From Nannocystis bainbridge (GTDB lineage: Bacteria; Myxococcota_A; Polyangia; Nannocystales; Nannocystaceae), in contig NZ_JAQNDL010000005.1 of assembly GCF_028368995.1 (NCBI RefSeq), forward strand, positions 160,001 to 224,000: a DNA stretch of 64,000 bases. The letters are read 5' to 3'. Below the pieces are notes generated by a model. It did no database searches. It worked only from the letters and a program-made list of their open reading frames with translations, and was not told the origin of the DNA. The translations under genes and the position numbers were made by a program. Positions within the stretch are counted from its first letter, which is position 1. Each line of letters opens with the position of its first letter. Shown here one piece after another: positions 36,748-48,311 of this stretch.

Positions 36748-38370
36748 TCACGTCGTTTCGGTCGACTTCGGGCCGCGCGCGAGCGACAGCAACGAACGGG
36801 CGATCTGGAGCGCCCCACGCGCCTTCTTGCCGATCCCGGCGCCGTAGATCGCCCGCACCGCGCCCGTCACCAGCTCGAGCGTCGCCGGCCGTACGGGGTA
36901 GAGCGCCATGCCCTGCCGCACCGGGATGCGGTCAGTGACCATCGCCTTCTCGTTGCAGCAGGCGCGCAGGCCCTCGCGGCCGTTGATGCGCCCGAAGCCC
37001 GAGATCTTGAGGCCGCCGAACGGCAGCGACTGGATCATGTAGGCCAGGCCGAAATCGTTGACGGTGGTCATGCCGGCCGCGATCGCGCGGGCCAGTCGCT
37101 CGCCGCGGGCCGGATCGCGCGTGAACACCGACGAGCCGAGCCCGTACGGGCAATCGTTGGCCAGCCGGATCGCCTCGGCCTCGGAGTCGACCTTGACGAT
37201 CACCATGACCGGGCCGAACTGCTCCTCACGGGTGATCCGCATGCTGTGGTCGACGTCGACCAGCACCGTCGGCGGATAGTAGTTGCCCGGCAGGTCGGTC
37301 CGCGGCTGGCCGCCGCACAGCACCCGCGCCCCCTTGGCGACCGCGTCGTCGACCAGCTCCTGCACGATCTCGAGCTGGCGCGGCATCGTCATCGCGCCGA
37401 CGTCGACCTCGCCCTGCAGCGGCGGCCCCTGGCGCAGCGCCTGGGCCCGCGCCACCACCTCGCGCACGAACGCGTCGTAGATGCCGGCGAACACGTAGAG
37501 CCGCTCGGCGCCGACGCACATCTGCCCGCAGGCGTTGAACACCCCGAACGTGGCGGTGCTGACGGCCTGCTCGAGATCGGCGTCGTCGCAGATGATCATC
37601 GGGTCCTTGCCCCCGAGCTCGAGCACCACCGGCGTCAGCGTCTCCGCGGCCGCGGCCATCACCTTGCGGCCGTTCTGCGGCGAGCCGGTGAAGAAGATCT
37701 TTTCGACGCCCGAGGTCACCAGCGCGGAGCCGGTCTCGCCGTAGCCGGTGACGATCTGCACGAGGTCGGGGCTGTGGCCGCGGCGCCGCAGCACCTCGGC
37801 GAAGATCTCGACGTAGCGGAGCGACGACCAGGTCGCCAGCTCGCTGACCTTGACCACCACCGCGTTGCCGGCGAACAGGGCCGGGATCACGGGACAGAAG
37901 AAGTTGTGGAACGGGAAGTTCCACGGCGCGATCACGCCGATGACCCCGAGCGGCAGGTACTCGACGCGCGCGGCCTTGTGCGGCAGAAAGCCGGAGGTGC
38001 GTCGCTCGGCCCGGAGGTCGGCCTCGCCGTGCGCGATCGTGTAGCGGAGCTTCTCGCAGACGGGGAAGATCTCGCCCATCGCCGCATCGACCATCGTCTT
38101 CCCGGAATCGCGCACCGCCAGACGACAGATCTCCTCCTGGTGCTGAACGACGTACTTCAAGATGTCCGAAAGGACAGCCCGTCGCTCCGCCCACGACGTC
38201 GCGGCCCACGCCGCCTGGGCCGCGCGCGCCCGCTGGACCGTCGCCACCACCGCGGCCCTGTCCATCACCGCCGCCTCGCCGAAGCGCTCGCCGGTGGCCG
38301 GGTCGCTGCACGGCAGGACCGTGGGCGGCAGAGGGGGCTCGGGGGGGACAGTGCGCAGCGTGGTCGCCAT
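36748..38370 (-). CDS. Aldehyde dehydrogenase
   Basis: IAPWNFP, FTGS, LELGGKDP, GQMC, EEQFGPV, PFGGLKISGFGR. Confidence 0.95.
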   Translation of the reverse strand: MATTLRTVPPEPPLPPTVLPCSDPATGERFGEAAVMDRAAVVATVQRARAAQAAWAATSWAERRAVLSDILKYVVQHQEEICRLAVRDSGKTMVDAAMGEIFPVCEKLRYTIAHGEADLRAERRTSGFLPHKAARVEYLPLGVIGVIAPWNFPFHNFFCPVIPALFAGNAVVVKVSELATWSSLRYVEIFAEVLRRRGHSPDLVQIVTGYGETGSALVTSGVEKIFFTGSPQNGRKVMAAAAETLTPVVLELGGKDPMIICDDADLEQAVSTATFGVFNACGQMCVGAERLYVFAGIYDAFVREVVARAQALRQGPPLQGEVDVGAMTMPRQLEIVQELVDDAVAKGARVLCGGQPRTDLPGNYYPPTVLVDVDHSMRITREEQFGPVMVIVKVDSEAEAIRLANDCPYGLGSSVFTRDPARGERLARAIAAGMTTVNDFGLAYMIQSLPFGGLKISGFGRINGREGLRACCNEKAMVTDRIPVRQGMALYPVRPATLELVTGAVRAIYGAGIGKKARGALQIARSLLSLARGPKSTETT

Positions 38371-38732
38371 GGCGCGGCACCTTAGCGGCTTTGCCGGCGC
38401 GCCGACTTGAGCCGGATCACGTCGTCTGCAAACATCGACGCGTCGTCGGTCCTCGCATGCTCCTGACCTCTGCCGCGCCGCTGATGGTCGTCGAACCCGA
38501 ACTGCCCGCGCAGCGCAGGCCCGGGCCCGCCTCGACGCGTCCCGGCGCCTCACCGGGCCCGCGCCGGCTCACGCACCGCCGCGTCCCGTGGCTCGCGCGA
38601 GCGGCGATTCGGCCCACGCGCGGCCTCGGCTTCGCTCGCCGGGTGAAGCGCGCCGCGATGGATCGACGCTCGCCGCGAGTCTCCCATCACATGGTCTTCA
38701 GGACAGGTCAAACTTAACCTCAGGACATCGCC

Positions 38733-39608
38733 ATGCTGCACGCCGTCGCCACCGCTCTGTTGCTGCTGCAACCGCCCGCGCCCGCCCCTCCGTCGCCCGC
38801 CGCCGCGCCCGCCCCTGCGCCCGCGGTCCCGTCTCCACCGAGCGCGCCCGCCCAGGCGGCTCCTCCGGCGCCCGCCCAGCCCTACGCCGACCCGACGCTC
38901 CCCGCGCAGCCCTACCCACCCGCGCAGCCCTACGCCCAGCCCACCGCGCCCGCGCAGCCCTACGCTCAGCCCACCGCACCTGCGCAGCCCTATCCGCCTG
39001 CGCAGCCCTACGCTCAGCCCACCGCGCCTGCGCAGCCTTACGCCCAGCCCTACCCGCCCGCGCAGCCGCAAGGCTACCCGCCCGCCGGCGCTCAGGGTCC
39101 TGCGAACGCGCCCGAGTCGGTCACGCACCGCCGGCTCGTGTTCGCCAACCTCTACACCCTCAACTTCAACATCCTGTCGCCGATCCCCTCCGGGGACTTC
39201 ACCTTCTTCCTCGGCACCAACCTGCGCCCGCGCAAGAACCGGGCCCGCACCTTCGACTGGAACACCGCGCTCGGCTATCAGCTCACGCTCTCGGTCGGCT
39301 TCGCCGACACGCCCACCTTCGATCTGTCGCCGATCGGCTACTTCGCCTTCTTCGTCCACCGCCACCACTTCACGGCGATGGGCTACGGCGGCGAGAAGCA
39401 GCGGCTGTTCTACTCGATGGGCGGCGGCGTCATGTTCGCGCTGTCGGAGATCGGCGGCGTCGAGGGCGAGGGCCGCCTCGGCTACGTGTTCACCAGGCCG
39501 GAGCGGCGGGTCAAGGGCGTGGTCGGCGGCCAGGCGCGCCTGACCGCCGCGTTCGGGGGCATCCCGCTGCTGCAGCTGGGGCCGTTCATCGGCTTCATGG
39601 CCTTCTGA
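38733..39608 (+). CDS. Exported protein with Pro/Ala/Gln/Tyr repeats and C-terminal beta-rich (barrel-like) domain
   Basis: Signal-like N-terminus, PAQPYAQPTA repeats, alternating aromatic strands, terminal Phe. Confidence 0.7.
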   Translation: MLHAVATALLLLQPPAPAPPSPAAAPAPAPAVPSPPSAPAQAAPPAPAQPYADPTLPAQPYPPAQPYAQPTAPAQPYAQPTAPAQPYPPAQPYAQPTAPAQPYAQPYPPAQPQGYPPAGAQGPANAPESVTHRRLVFANLYTLNFNILSPIPSGDFTFFLGTNLRPRKNRARTFDWNTALGYQLTLSVGFADTPTFDLSPIGYFAFFVHRHHFTAMGYGGEKQRLFYSMGGGVMFALSEIGGVEGEGRLGYVFTRPERRVKGVVGGQARLTAAFGGIPLLQLGPFIGFMAF

Positions 39609-39617
39609 CTCTTCGGA

Positions 39618-39663
39618 CATGCCCCCGAGGACATGCGCTCAGGGGCATGTCGCAACGAACATG
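39618..39663. repeat. 14-bp-period palindromic motif array (4 cores)
   Basis: CATG at 39618, 39632, 39646, 39660. Confidence 0.8.
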
Positions 39664-39747
39664 TCGTTCGAGACTCCTCGTGAAGCGACGCACGAGGCAC
39701 GACGAACGCGAACGCCTCGGCCCGGTGAGCCGCCCGCCCCGCCGCCC

Positions 39748-40995
39748 TCAGCGGTGGAAGCGGACGTGAAAGTGGTCGCGGTGGCCCTTCCAGTGGCGGA
39801 TGATGCCGTAGCCGCGGCCCTTGCCGCGCGGGTACTGGAACAGCTCGTCGAGCTTGGACTCCGGCACGCCCTTCTTCTTGGCGTGCTCGTAGAGGACCTT
39901 CTGCAGCCCGTAGTCGAGGAAGATCGCGCGGACTTCCTTGGTGTCGACGAACGACTTGATGAGCGCCCACGTGCGCGCGACGTCGAGGTTGTCGGCGTTG
40001 CCCGAGAGGAACCGGACCTCGCCGGCGTCGGCGCCCTTGAGCACGAGGCCGACGTCGACGTCGACGCCCTTCTGGTGCGACTTGTGGCCCTTGAGCGGAC
40101 CGCCGCCGCGCGCGCTGATGTCGCCGACGTGGATCTGCGGCCCGCCCTTGATGCCCTTGAGCATGGCGTACTTCGAGATCGCGGCCTTGATCGCCTTGAT
40201 CGTGGAGTTTGTCCCGAAGGCCAGGTTCGGACGCTTGATGTAATAGTGCTTGCCCGTATCGAGGGGGATGCCGATGCGCAGCACGCCGCGATCCTCGTCC
40301 TTGGTCGGCGCGAACGCGGCGATGATGCCGCGGTCGATCATGATCGTGAGCTCGTCACCCGGCCGCAGGCTCTTCGGGTCGTTGTCGAGCCGCTTGCGCA
40401 GCGAGCCCTTCTGCAGCGCGATCAGCTCGGCCACCTTCATGTGCTGCTTCTCGGCGATCCCGCTCAGCGAGTCACCGGACTTCACCGTGTAGCTGCCCTC
40501 CTCTTCGAGGTGCGGCGGCACCTCGGGGTCCGGGCAGACCAGCACGATCTGATTGACCGAGAGCTTGTCCGGGTTCTTCTGCAGCTTCGGGTTGAGCTTC
40601 TTGATGTCGCTCATCCGCACGCCGTACTGACCGGCGATGCGCCCGAGGTTGTCGCCGGCCTTGACCCTGTGCTCCCAGATCGGCGTCTTGCCGCCGCAGC
40701 GCGGGTCGCCCTTGGGCTTCTTGACCGAAGCAGACTTCGCCGGCTTCTTGCTCGACTTGGCCGAAGTCGACTTGCTCGTGGTCGGCGGCACCGGCACCGG
40801 CACCGGCACCGGCTCGGGCGCGATGACCGCTGGCGCATCCTCTTCTTCCTCCTCCTCGGGCGTGCCCGCCTCGGGCGGGTCGAGCAGGACCGGGGAGGCC
40901 GCCGCGGTGGGGACTGTCACGAGCCCGATCCACAGGGCCAGAGCGGTCAGCGCCCGCGGAAGGCGCCCGTGAGGAAGAAGTTGGCTGGTTCGCAT
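39748..40995 (-). CDS. LysM x2 plus penicillin-insensitive murein endopeptidase (MepA-like)
   Basis: HRVKAGDNLGRIA, YTVKSGDSLSGIA, VGDISARGGG, HKSHQKGVDVD, HRDHFHVRF. Confidence 0.9.
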   Translation of the reverse strand: MRTSQLLPHGRLPRALTALALWIGLVTVPTAAASPVLLDPPEAGTPEEEEEEDAPAVIAPEPVPVPVPVPPTTSKSTSAKSSKKPAKSASVKKPKGDPRCGGKTPIWEHRVKAGDNLGRIAGQYGVRMSDIKKLNPKLQKNPDKLSVNQIVLVCPDPEVPPHLEEEGSYTVKSGDSLSGIAEKQHMKVAELIALQKGSLRKRLDNDPKSLRPGDELTIMIDRGIIAAFAPTKDEDRGVLRIGIPLDTGKHYYIKRPNLAFGTNSTIKAIKAAISKYAMLKGIKGGPQIHVGDISARGGGPLKGHKSHQKGVDVDVGLVLKGADAGEVRFLSGNADNLDVARTWALIKSFVDTKEVRAIFLDYGLQKVLYEHAKKKGVPESKLDELFQYPRGKGRGYGIIRHWKGHRDHFHVRFHR

Positions 40996-41177
40996 TCAGC
41001 GCTCCTGTGCTCGAACAGGCCCGGGGGCCTGCGGCGCGGCCTTAGACCGCGGCGAGGGCGCCAGATTCATCATCCAGCGCCCTTCAGGGACAAAAGTCTC
41101 ACGCGCGGCCCCCGGGCGCCACAAACTCGCGAGGTCCTCGCGGGGGCGCCCCGACGCCTGATATACCGGCACGCACG

Positions 41178-42026
41178 ATGGAGAGCGTCGTCATCCAGGG
41201 CGTCGAATTGCGCCTCACTCCGCCCGACGAGATGCGCTGGCAGTGGGTCGGCCGGCAAGAGTTGAAGCGCCAGCTGTTGGCCGCGTGGGCCGTGTTGGAC
41301 GAACAAGATCACGCGCTGTCGCCACGTTTAGTCGGCAAGCCCGGCGTTGGCAAGACGACTCTTGCGTCGGCCGCCGCGCGCGCCCTCGACGTCCCGCTCT
41401 ATGTGTTCCAGGCGACCATGGACACACGGCCCGAGGATCTGCTCGTCACGCCGGTCATCACCGACGGTCAGAAGCTGCGCTACACCGCCAGCCCGCTCGT
41501 CAGCGCGATGATCAAGGGCGGCGTGTGTGTCCTCGACGAGGGCAACCGCATGAGCGAACGCAGCTGGGCCTCGCTGGCGCCGCTGCTCGATCGCCGGCGC
41601 TACGTCGAGTCGGTGGTCGCCGGCGTCAAGATCCACGCGCACCGCGACTTCCGCTTCTGCGCGACGATGAACGACGACGCCAGCACGTTCGACATCCCCG
41701 AGTACATCCAGAGCCGACTGCAGCCGCAGATCGTGATCGATTTCCCCGAGCGCGACGAGGAGCAGGCGATCCTGCAGGCCAACTTGCCGTTCGCCAGCCC
41801 GCGGATCCTCCAGTACCTCGCGGTGTTCCTCCAGCGCGCGCACGAGGACGACCAGCCGTTCACGGTGCGCGACGGCATCAACATCGCCCGCTACGCGCTC
41901 AAGCTCGGCGCCAGCGATCGCGGCGGCCTCGACGTGAAGAAGCACGTGCGCCAGGCCACCGCGATGACCCTCGGCGACGACGCGCTCGACTACCTCCCCG
42001 GCGAGGTCCCGCTCGAGCAGCCTTGA
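41178..42026 (+). CDS. MoxR/AAA_5-type ATPase
   Basis: GKPGVGKT, VLDEGNR, FRFCATMN. Confidence 0.88.
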   Translation: MESVVIQGVELRLTPPDEMRWQWVGRQELKRQLLAAWAVLDEQDHALSPRLVGKPGVGKTTLASAAARALDVPLYVFQATMDTRPEDLLVTPVITDGQKLRYTASPLVSAMIKGGVCVLDEGNRMSERSWASLAPLLDRRRYVESVVAGVKIHAHRDFRFCATMNDDASTFDIPEYIQSRLQPQIVIDFPERDEEQAILQANLPFASPRILQYLAVFLQRAHEDDQPFTVRDGINIARYALKLGASDRGGLDVKKHVRQATAMTLGDDALDYLPGEVPLEQP

Positions 42027-42041
42027 CCTGAACTTTCGGCC

Positions 42042-44099
42042 ATGTTCGACGACGCCGCCGCGACCTACCGCCCGGCCTGGCCGGACCCGCTCAGCCTCTC
42101 GCGCGACGAGCTGGCCGAGCTCGACATGATCTTGCCCGGCGTCATCGTCCTGCCGGTGCTGCACGGGCGGCTCGAGTGCGCGCAGATGGTCCGCCGCGCG
42201 ATCGAGAAGTTCAGCCCGGCGGCGCTCGCCGTCGAGCTGCCGGCGGGCATCGACGCGCTGCTCGCCCGCGCGATCGCCCGTCTCCCGCTGCTCAGCGCGC
42301 TCGAGATCCCAGACGAGGCCCAGCACGGCAAGCCGCAGTACCTCGTGGTCGAGCCGGCCGACCCGCTGATCGAGGCCGTGCGCCGCGGCAGCGAGCTCGG
42401 GATCCCGGTCCATCTCGTCGACCGCGAGATCACCGACTACCCGGCCGCGCGCGACCGCCTGCCAGACGTCGCCGCGGCCGAATCGGTCGGCGCCGCCAAC
42501 TGGCTGCGCGCCGCGCTGGCCGCCGCCTCGATCAGCCCGCGCGCCGCCGCCGACGAGCTGCGCGAGGACTTCATGGCCGGCTCGATCGCCGCGCTCGCGC
42601 TGCGCCAGGACCTGCCCGACGCCCCCGTGCTGGTCGTCTGCGGCCTGCACCACGCGCGCGGCCTGGTCGCGCGCCTCGGCCCGCTGCTGGCCGAGCGCGC
42701 CGCACCGCCGGCCCCGCTGCGCCGGCTCACCAGGCGCGAAGGACATGTCCTTTGGCACCTGTCCGAACAGTCCAGCGGCGAGGTGCTGAGCGAGCCGGCC
42801 TTCATCCACGCCGCCTACGAGCGCAGCCGCGGCAGCGCCCCGCCCGCCGCGCTGAGCCCCGCGAGCGCCGGCGCGGTGCTCGACCTGTTCACCAAGGCGC
42901 GCCAGGCTCCGATCCAGGACCCGTTCCGCACGCCCTCGCCGCCCGATCCGCAGGACGACCGGCCGCGCCTCACCGGGCGCACCGGCCTCTTGCTGGCGAT
43001 CTGCCAGCAGGCGCGGGCGCGCTACCGCGAGCGCACCGGCGGCGATCTCCGGCCCGGCGCGATCCTCCGGCTGCTGCGCTACGCCCACGCCTACGCGCTG
43101 GAAGAGGGGGCGATCGCGCCCGACCTTTATCAGCTCGTGGTCGCCGCGCGCGGCTTCGTCGACGACACCTACGCCCAGGAGGTCTGGGAGGTCGCCACTA
43201 CGTATCCGTGGCAGGCCGTGCGGCCCGACGTGCCGCCGCTCGACCTCTCGCTGCGCGACCTCCACGACCGCGTGCGCACGCTCCACTTCCACCCGAAGCT
43301 CATGCAGCGGCGGCGTCGGTTGATGAAGATCGTGCGGCCGCGAGAGAAGGAGCGGCGCAAGGGCGAGTGGGCCGAACGTTTCAAGGGCGACAGCATCTGC
43401 TCGCACCAGCCCGAGGACCTCGCGCTCGAGCACTACGGCGCGTTCCTGCGCAAGCGCACCGAGCGCGTGCTGTCCGACGCGCACACCCAGGTCGCGCCGT
43501 TCTCGACCAGCCTTTACGACGGCGTCGACGTCCGCGAGACCGTGCGGAACTGGCACCAGGGCAAGATTTACGTCCGCATCGAGCAGCTCGTGCGCGGCAA
43601 GCCCGGCGCGGTCGTGGTGATCTTCGACGACGAGCCGCTGGTGCCCGAGGACGACGAGGTCGAGCCGAAGTTCGGCTGGCACATGACCTGGCAGGGCGAG
43701 CACGAGGACGAGGGCGACATGGCGCTGTACGCCAGCGACCCGTTCGCGCAGCTCGTCGGCCCTGGCATCGGCCGCGCGCTCTACGGCGGGTTCCTCCTCA
43801 ATCGTCCCCCCGGGCAGATGTTCGGGGTGTGGGAAGACCCGCACTTCGGCGACGCGCGCACCAAGTCCGAGGTGCTCTTGCGGGCCGCGCTCGACTACTC
43901 GGCCGAGCGCCTGGTCGTCTACGTCGCGGCCGCGCCGCCGCGCCCGGCCCTGCGCCAGCTCGCGCAGCGCATGGACAAGAAGATCGTCTACGTCCCGCTG
44001 GGGCAGCTGTCCCCGGTGGCGCTCAAGCGCCTGCGGGTGTTTCACGTCTTGAGCGATCGTAACGTGCGGGCGGTCGCGCACCGCTACATCCGCGACTAG
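42042..44099 (+). CDS. Conserved hypothetical protein, TraB/DUF5682-like N-terminus
   Basis: LPVLHG...AVELP, REDFMA, VVCGLHH, C-terminal FHVL; 15 bp after the AAA gene. Confidence 0.7.
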   Translation: MFDDAAATYRPAWPDPLSLSRDELAELDMILPGVIVLPVLHGRLECAQMVRRAIEKFSPAALAVELPAGIDALLARAIARLPLLSALEIPDEAQHGKPQYLVVEPADPLIEAVRRGSELGIPVHLVDREITDYPAARDRLPDVAAAESVGAANWLRAALAAASISPRAAADELREDFMAGSIAALALRQDLPDAPVLVVCGLHHARGLVARLGPLLAERAAPPAPLRRLTRREGHVLWHLSEQSSGEVLSEPAFIHAAYERSRGSAPPAALSPASAGAVLDLFTKARQAPIQDPFRTPSPPDPQDDRPRLTGRTGLLLAICQQARARYRERTGGDLRPGAILRLLRYAHAYALEEGAIAPDLYQLVVAARGFVDDTYAQEVWEVATTYPWQAVRPDVPPLDLSLRDLHDRVRTLHFHPKLMQRRRRLMKIVRPREKERRKGEWAERFKGDSICSHQPEDLALEHYGAFLRKRTERVLSDAHTQVAPFSTSLYDGVDVRETVRNWHQGKIYVRIEQLVRGKPGAVVVIFDDEPLVPEDDEVEPKFGWHMTWQGEHEDEGDMALYASDPFAQLVGPGIGRALYGGFLLNRPPGQMFGVWEDPHFGDARTKSEVLLRAALDYSAERLVVYVAAAPPRPALRQLAQRMDKKIVYVPLGQLSPVALKRLRVFHVLSDRNVRAVAHRYIRD

Positions 44100-44260
44100 G
44101 CGCACGCGAGGCGGCCGTGCCCCGCGAGCCGCGAGCGCGGACCGATTTGTTGTCACCCGGGCGTGGGTCGGTACCATGCCGCGGGTGGGGCGAGCCGGCG
44201 TGAACACAGGTCGGTCGGCCGGCGTCCCTGCGGCACGCCCCGTACCCTGAGAACCTTCCC

Positions 44261-45073
44261 ATGCGCACTCGTTTCCTCGTCAGCACCCTCGCCCTCACCG
44301 CTCTCGTCGCAGCTCCCGCCTGTGGCGGCGACGACCCGCCCGGCTCCCTCATCGTCCCGTTCAAGATCGGCGCGAACGTCAAGTGCGACGTCCTCGGCGT
44401 CACCGACGTGACCGTCGCCCTCTACAAGTACAACGCCGCCGGCGCCGCGGGCGACCTGATCGACACCGAGGTCGTCGACTGCGAGGACGGCCAGGCCGAG
44501 TTCATGGGCCTCATCGCCGGCCGCTACAACGTCCAGGTCAGCGGCGTCGACGCCGAGGATGTCATCGTCACCGACAACTTCGACAACGACCCGGGTGACA
44601 TCGCCGAGGTCACCTCCGGCGCCGAGAACACCGCCGACGTCGTGACGATGTCGCCGACCCCCGCGAAGATCCTGGTGCGCTGGCTGCTCAACGGCGGCTT
44701 CGGCATGTGCAGCGACGTGCCCATCACCAACTTCAGCGTCGCCACCTACGAGAAGAAGGGCCTGAGCGAGCTGCTCACCTACGACTTCGAGTGCGATCCC
44801 GACGAGCCGTCGATCATGGGCTACAACGCCATCATCGATCCGGGCCGCGAGATCGCCGGCGACGACCTCGACCGCGTCTACATCGACGCGCTCGACGGCA
44901 AGGGCACCAGCCTCGTCACCGCGCCGCTCGAGTTCGTCATGGAGCCGCCGGGCCACGGCCGTACCGTCAAGCTGACCGCCGTCGTCGACTGCACCGTCGA
45001 CCCGTGCACCATCGACTGCGCCGCCGGCAAGGGCGCCGATCCGATGGACCCCACGCTCTGCCTGGCCGACTGA
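44261..45073 (+). CDS. Acidic lipoprotein, hypothetical
   Basis: Lipobox APAC, strong GC3 bias. Confidence 0.8.
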   Translation: MRTRFLVSTLALTALVAAPACGGDDPPGSLIVPFKIGANVKCDVLGVTDVTVALYKYNAAGAAGDLIDTEVVDCEDGQAEFMGLIAGRYNVQVSGVDAEDVIVTDNFDNDPGDIAEVTSGAENTADVVTMSPTPAKILVRWLLNGGFGMCSDVPITNFSVATYEKKGLSELLTYDFECDPDEPSIMGYNAIIDPGREIAGDDLDRVYIDALDGKGTSLVTAPLEFVMEPPGHGRTVKLTAVVDCTVDPCTIDCAAGKGADPMDPTLCLAD

Positions 45074-45154
45074 CGGCCGCGCACGGCTGCCTCGGCGGCC
45101 CCCGCCTCGGGGGTCCGCCCGCGCTCGCCCCGCTCCTGCGGCGGGCCTTGAGGA

Positions 45155-45228
45155 CATAGCTTCGAGGACATGCTCGAACGCGCATGTCCTTTCGAACATG
45201 CGCGTCCAGACATGCTCGAATGCGCATG
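45155..45228. repeat. 14-bp-period palindromic motif array (6 cores)
   Basis: Cores at 45155, 45169, 45183, 45197, 45211, 45225. Confidence 0.85.
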
Positions 45229-45292
45229 TCCTGAAGCACGAGCGCGCGAAGCTGCGGATCCGCGAAGCGGGGCGCCCGGCAGGCGTCCTGCG

Positions 45293-46165
45293 CTACAGCC
45301 CGCGGGCCCACTCGGGCCGCAGCGTCACCTCGCCCGCGATCGCGCTGTCGATCGTCGCCAGGATCGCCACGCGGTCGCGCGGCAGGCGGCCGCCGATCGC
45401 CAGGTAGTTCGACGCGTGGTTGGTGCGGAACAGCGCGTCGGTCGGTCGGGCCTCGTCGACGATGGTCCGCAGCTCGCGGAGCATCTCGACCACCGACGGC
45501 AGCGCGAAGCGCCCGCGGGTCTGCAGCGTGTGCAGCGGCGTCTTCGGCACCACCGTCGTCGTCAGCGCCGACGCGAACGCCGGGTCCATCGCCGAGATCA
45601 GGCGCGCGGTCGCGGACGCGTGCTCGGCGGCGCGTTCGGTCCCCGCGATCCCGAGCAGTACGATCACGCTGAGCTCGATCCCCGCCGCGCGGGCCCGCTC
45701 CGCCGCCGCCACGTGCTCGGCGAACGTCGAGCCCTTGGCGATCCGCTTCAGCGTCGCGTCGTCGCCCGACTCGGGGCCGATGTAGAGCCGCTTCAGCCCC
45801 GCCTCGCGCAGCGCAGCCAGCTCGTCGGGCGTCTTCTTGAGGATGTTGATCGCGGTCGCGTAGCACGACACCCGCCGCAGCAGCGGGAACCCGCCGTCGG
45901 CCGCCTTGAGGATCGCCAGCCAGCGGTCCATCGGCATCCCGAGCGCGTCGCCGTCGCCGACGAACAGCTTGTCGACGCGGTTGCGAGCGATCGCGGCCGC
46001 GGTGCGCAGATCTTCGAGGCAGGCCTCGACTTCGCGCTCGCGGTAGACCTTGTCGCTGTACATGTCGCAGTAGGTGCAGCGGTTCCACGAGCACCCGACG
46101 GTCGCCTGCAGGATGTACGCATCGGCCTCCGACGGCGGGCGGTAGATCTTGCCTTCGTAGCGCAT
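45293..46165 (-). CDS. Radical SAM protein
   Basis: MRYEGKIYRPPSEA, CSWNRCTYC, YIGPESG, FRTNHASNYL. Confidence 0.92.
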   Translation of the reverse strand: MRYEGKIYRPPSEADAYILQATVGCSWNRCTYCDMYSDKVYREREVEACLEDLRTAAAIARNRVDKLFVGDGDALGMPMDRWLAILKAADGGFPLLRRVSCYATAINILKKTPDELAALREAGLKRLYIGPESGDDATLKRIAKGSTFAEHVAAAERARAAGIELSVIVLLGIAGTERAAEHASATARLISAMDPAFASALTTTVVPKTPLHTLQTRGRFALPSVVEMLRELRTIVDEARPTDALFRTNHASNYLAIGGRLPRDRVAILATIDSAIAGEVTLRPEWARGL

Positions 46166-46348
46166 GCGGCGGTTCGTCTCTGGGGCGCACGATAGCCACA
46201 CCCGTGGCGCCGGGATCCGCGCCGCCGGCACGAGCGTCCTCACGCGCACCTGTCCGCGGCCCGCGGGCGGCGCGGGCGCTTTTGCGCGCCGGACTTCGAC
46301 GCCTCGGGCTCCCTGGCCGGCGGCCGTGTATGCTCTCCCGGCCCTCGC

Positions 46349-47359
<1,011 letters not shown>

Positions 47360-47363
47360 TCGC

Positions 47364-48311
47364 TTGGCCTTTTGGAAGCGCAGCGAGAGCCCGACGCCCG
47401 AGCGGCCCGCGCCCGCCGCAGCCGCCGATGATTTATTCGGCGAGGCCTTCCTCGCCAAGCTCGAGCTGTTGCAGGTGATCGCGCGCCGGCTGTTCCGCGG
47501 CAAGCAGCGCGCCGAACGCAAGACCCGCAAGGTCGGCAGCGGCCTCGAGTTCGCCGACCACCGCGAGTACAGCCCCGGCGACGACATCCGCAACCTCGAC
47601 TGGGGCGTGCTCATGCGCCTCGAGCAGACCCTGGTCCGGCTTTATGAAGAGGACGAGGACCTGCCGATCCGGATCGCCGTCGACATCAGCGACTCGATGT
47701 CGACCTCGGGCGGCAGCAAGCTGCGCTACGCCCAGCAGGTCGCCGCCGCGCTGGCCTACGTCGGCCTCGCCAACCTCGACCGCGTCGGCCTGACGTGCAT
47801 GAGCCGCAAGCTGCACACCACCTTGCCGGCGGTGCGCGGCAAGGGCCGGATCTTCCGCGTGTTCGATTTCCTGCGCACGGCCCCGCGCGGCGGCCCGACC
47901 GACATGCGAGCGGCGTGCGGGCGGCTCGCCGCCGAGAGCGCCCAGCCTGGCCTCACCGTCGTCCTCAGCGACTTCTACGACCTCCAGGGCGCGTTCGACG
48001 GCCTCAACCTGCTGCGCTTTCGCAAGCACGAGCCGGTGGCGATCCAGGTCATAGACCCGCGCGAGGCTCACCCCGAGCTCAGCGGCCTGCGCGGCGACGT
48101 CACCCTCGTCGACGTCGAGGGCGGCGACGCCCGCGAGGTCACGCTCAGCCCCGCGGCCCTGCGCGCCTACGGCGACGCCCACGAAAAATTCTGCCAGGCC
48201 CTCGCCGCCAGCTGCCGTAGCCGCGGGATCCCCTACTTCCGCGCCGACACCGACGTCCCGTTCGACGAGCTCGTCCTGCGCATGTTCCGGGTCGGAGGCC
48301 TGCTCCGATGA
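47364..48311 (+). CDS. DUF58 protein
   Basis: GSGLEFADHREYSPGDDIRNLDW, DISDSM, SDF. Confidence 0.92.
   Translation: MAFWKRSESPTPERPAPAAAADDLFGEAFLAKLELLQVIARRLFRGKQRAERKTRKVGSGLEFADHREYSPGDDIRNLDWGVLMRLEQTLVRLYEEDEDLPIRIAVDISDSMSTSGGSKLRYAQQVAAALAYVGLANLDRVGLTCMSRKLHTTLPAVRGKGRIFRVFDFLRTAPRGGPTDMRAACGRLAAESAQPGLTVVLSDFYDLQGAFDGLNLLRFRKHEPVAIQVIDPREAHPELSGLRGDVTLVDVEGGDAREVTLSPAALRAYGDAHEKFCQALAASCRSRGIPYFRADTDVPFDELVLRMFRVGGLLR

Noticed and set aside
30504-36938. 2144-aa plus-strand ORF and other long antisense or alternate-frame ORFs (e.g. 1225-3645, 9494-12784, 18189-21206)
   Set aside because: Shadows of real genes caused by stop-codon scarcity in GC-rich DNA; no domain motifs.
42741-42750. 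Resemblance of GGACATGTCC to the p53 half-site
   Set aside because: Coincidental in a bacterium; the spacing here is 14 bp, not tandem 10-bp half-sites.
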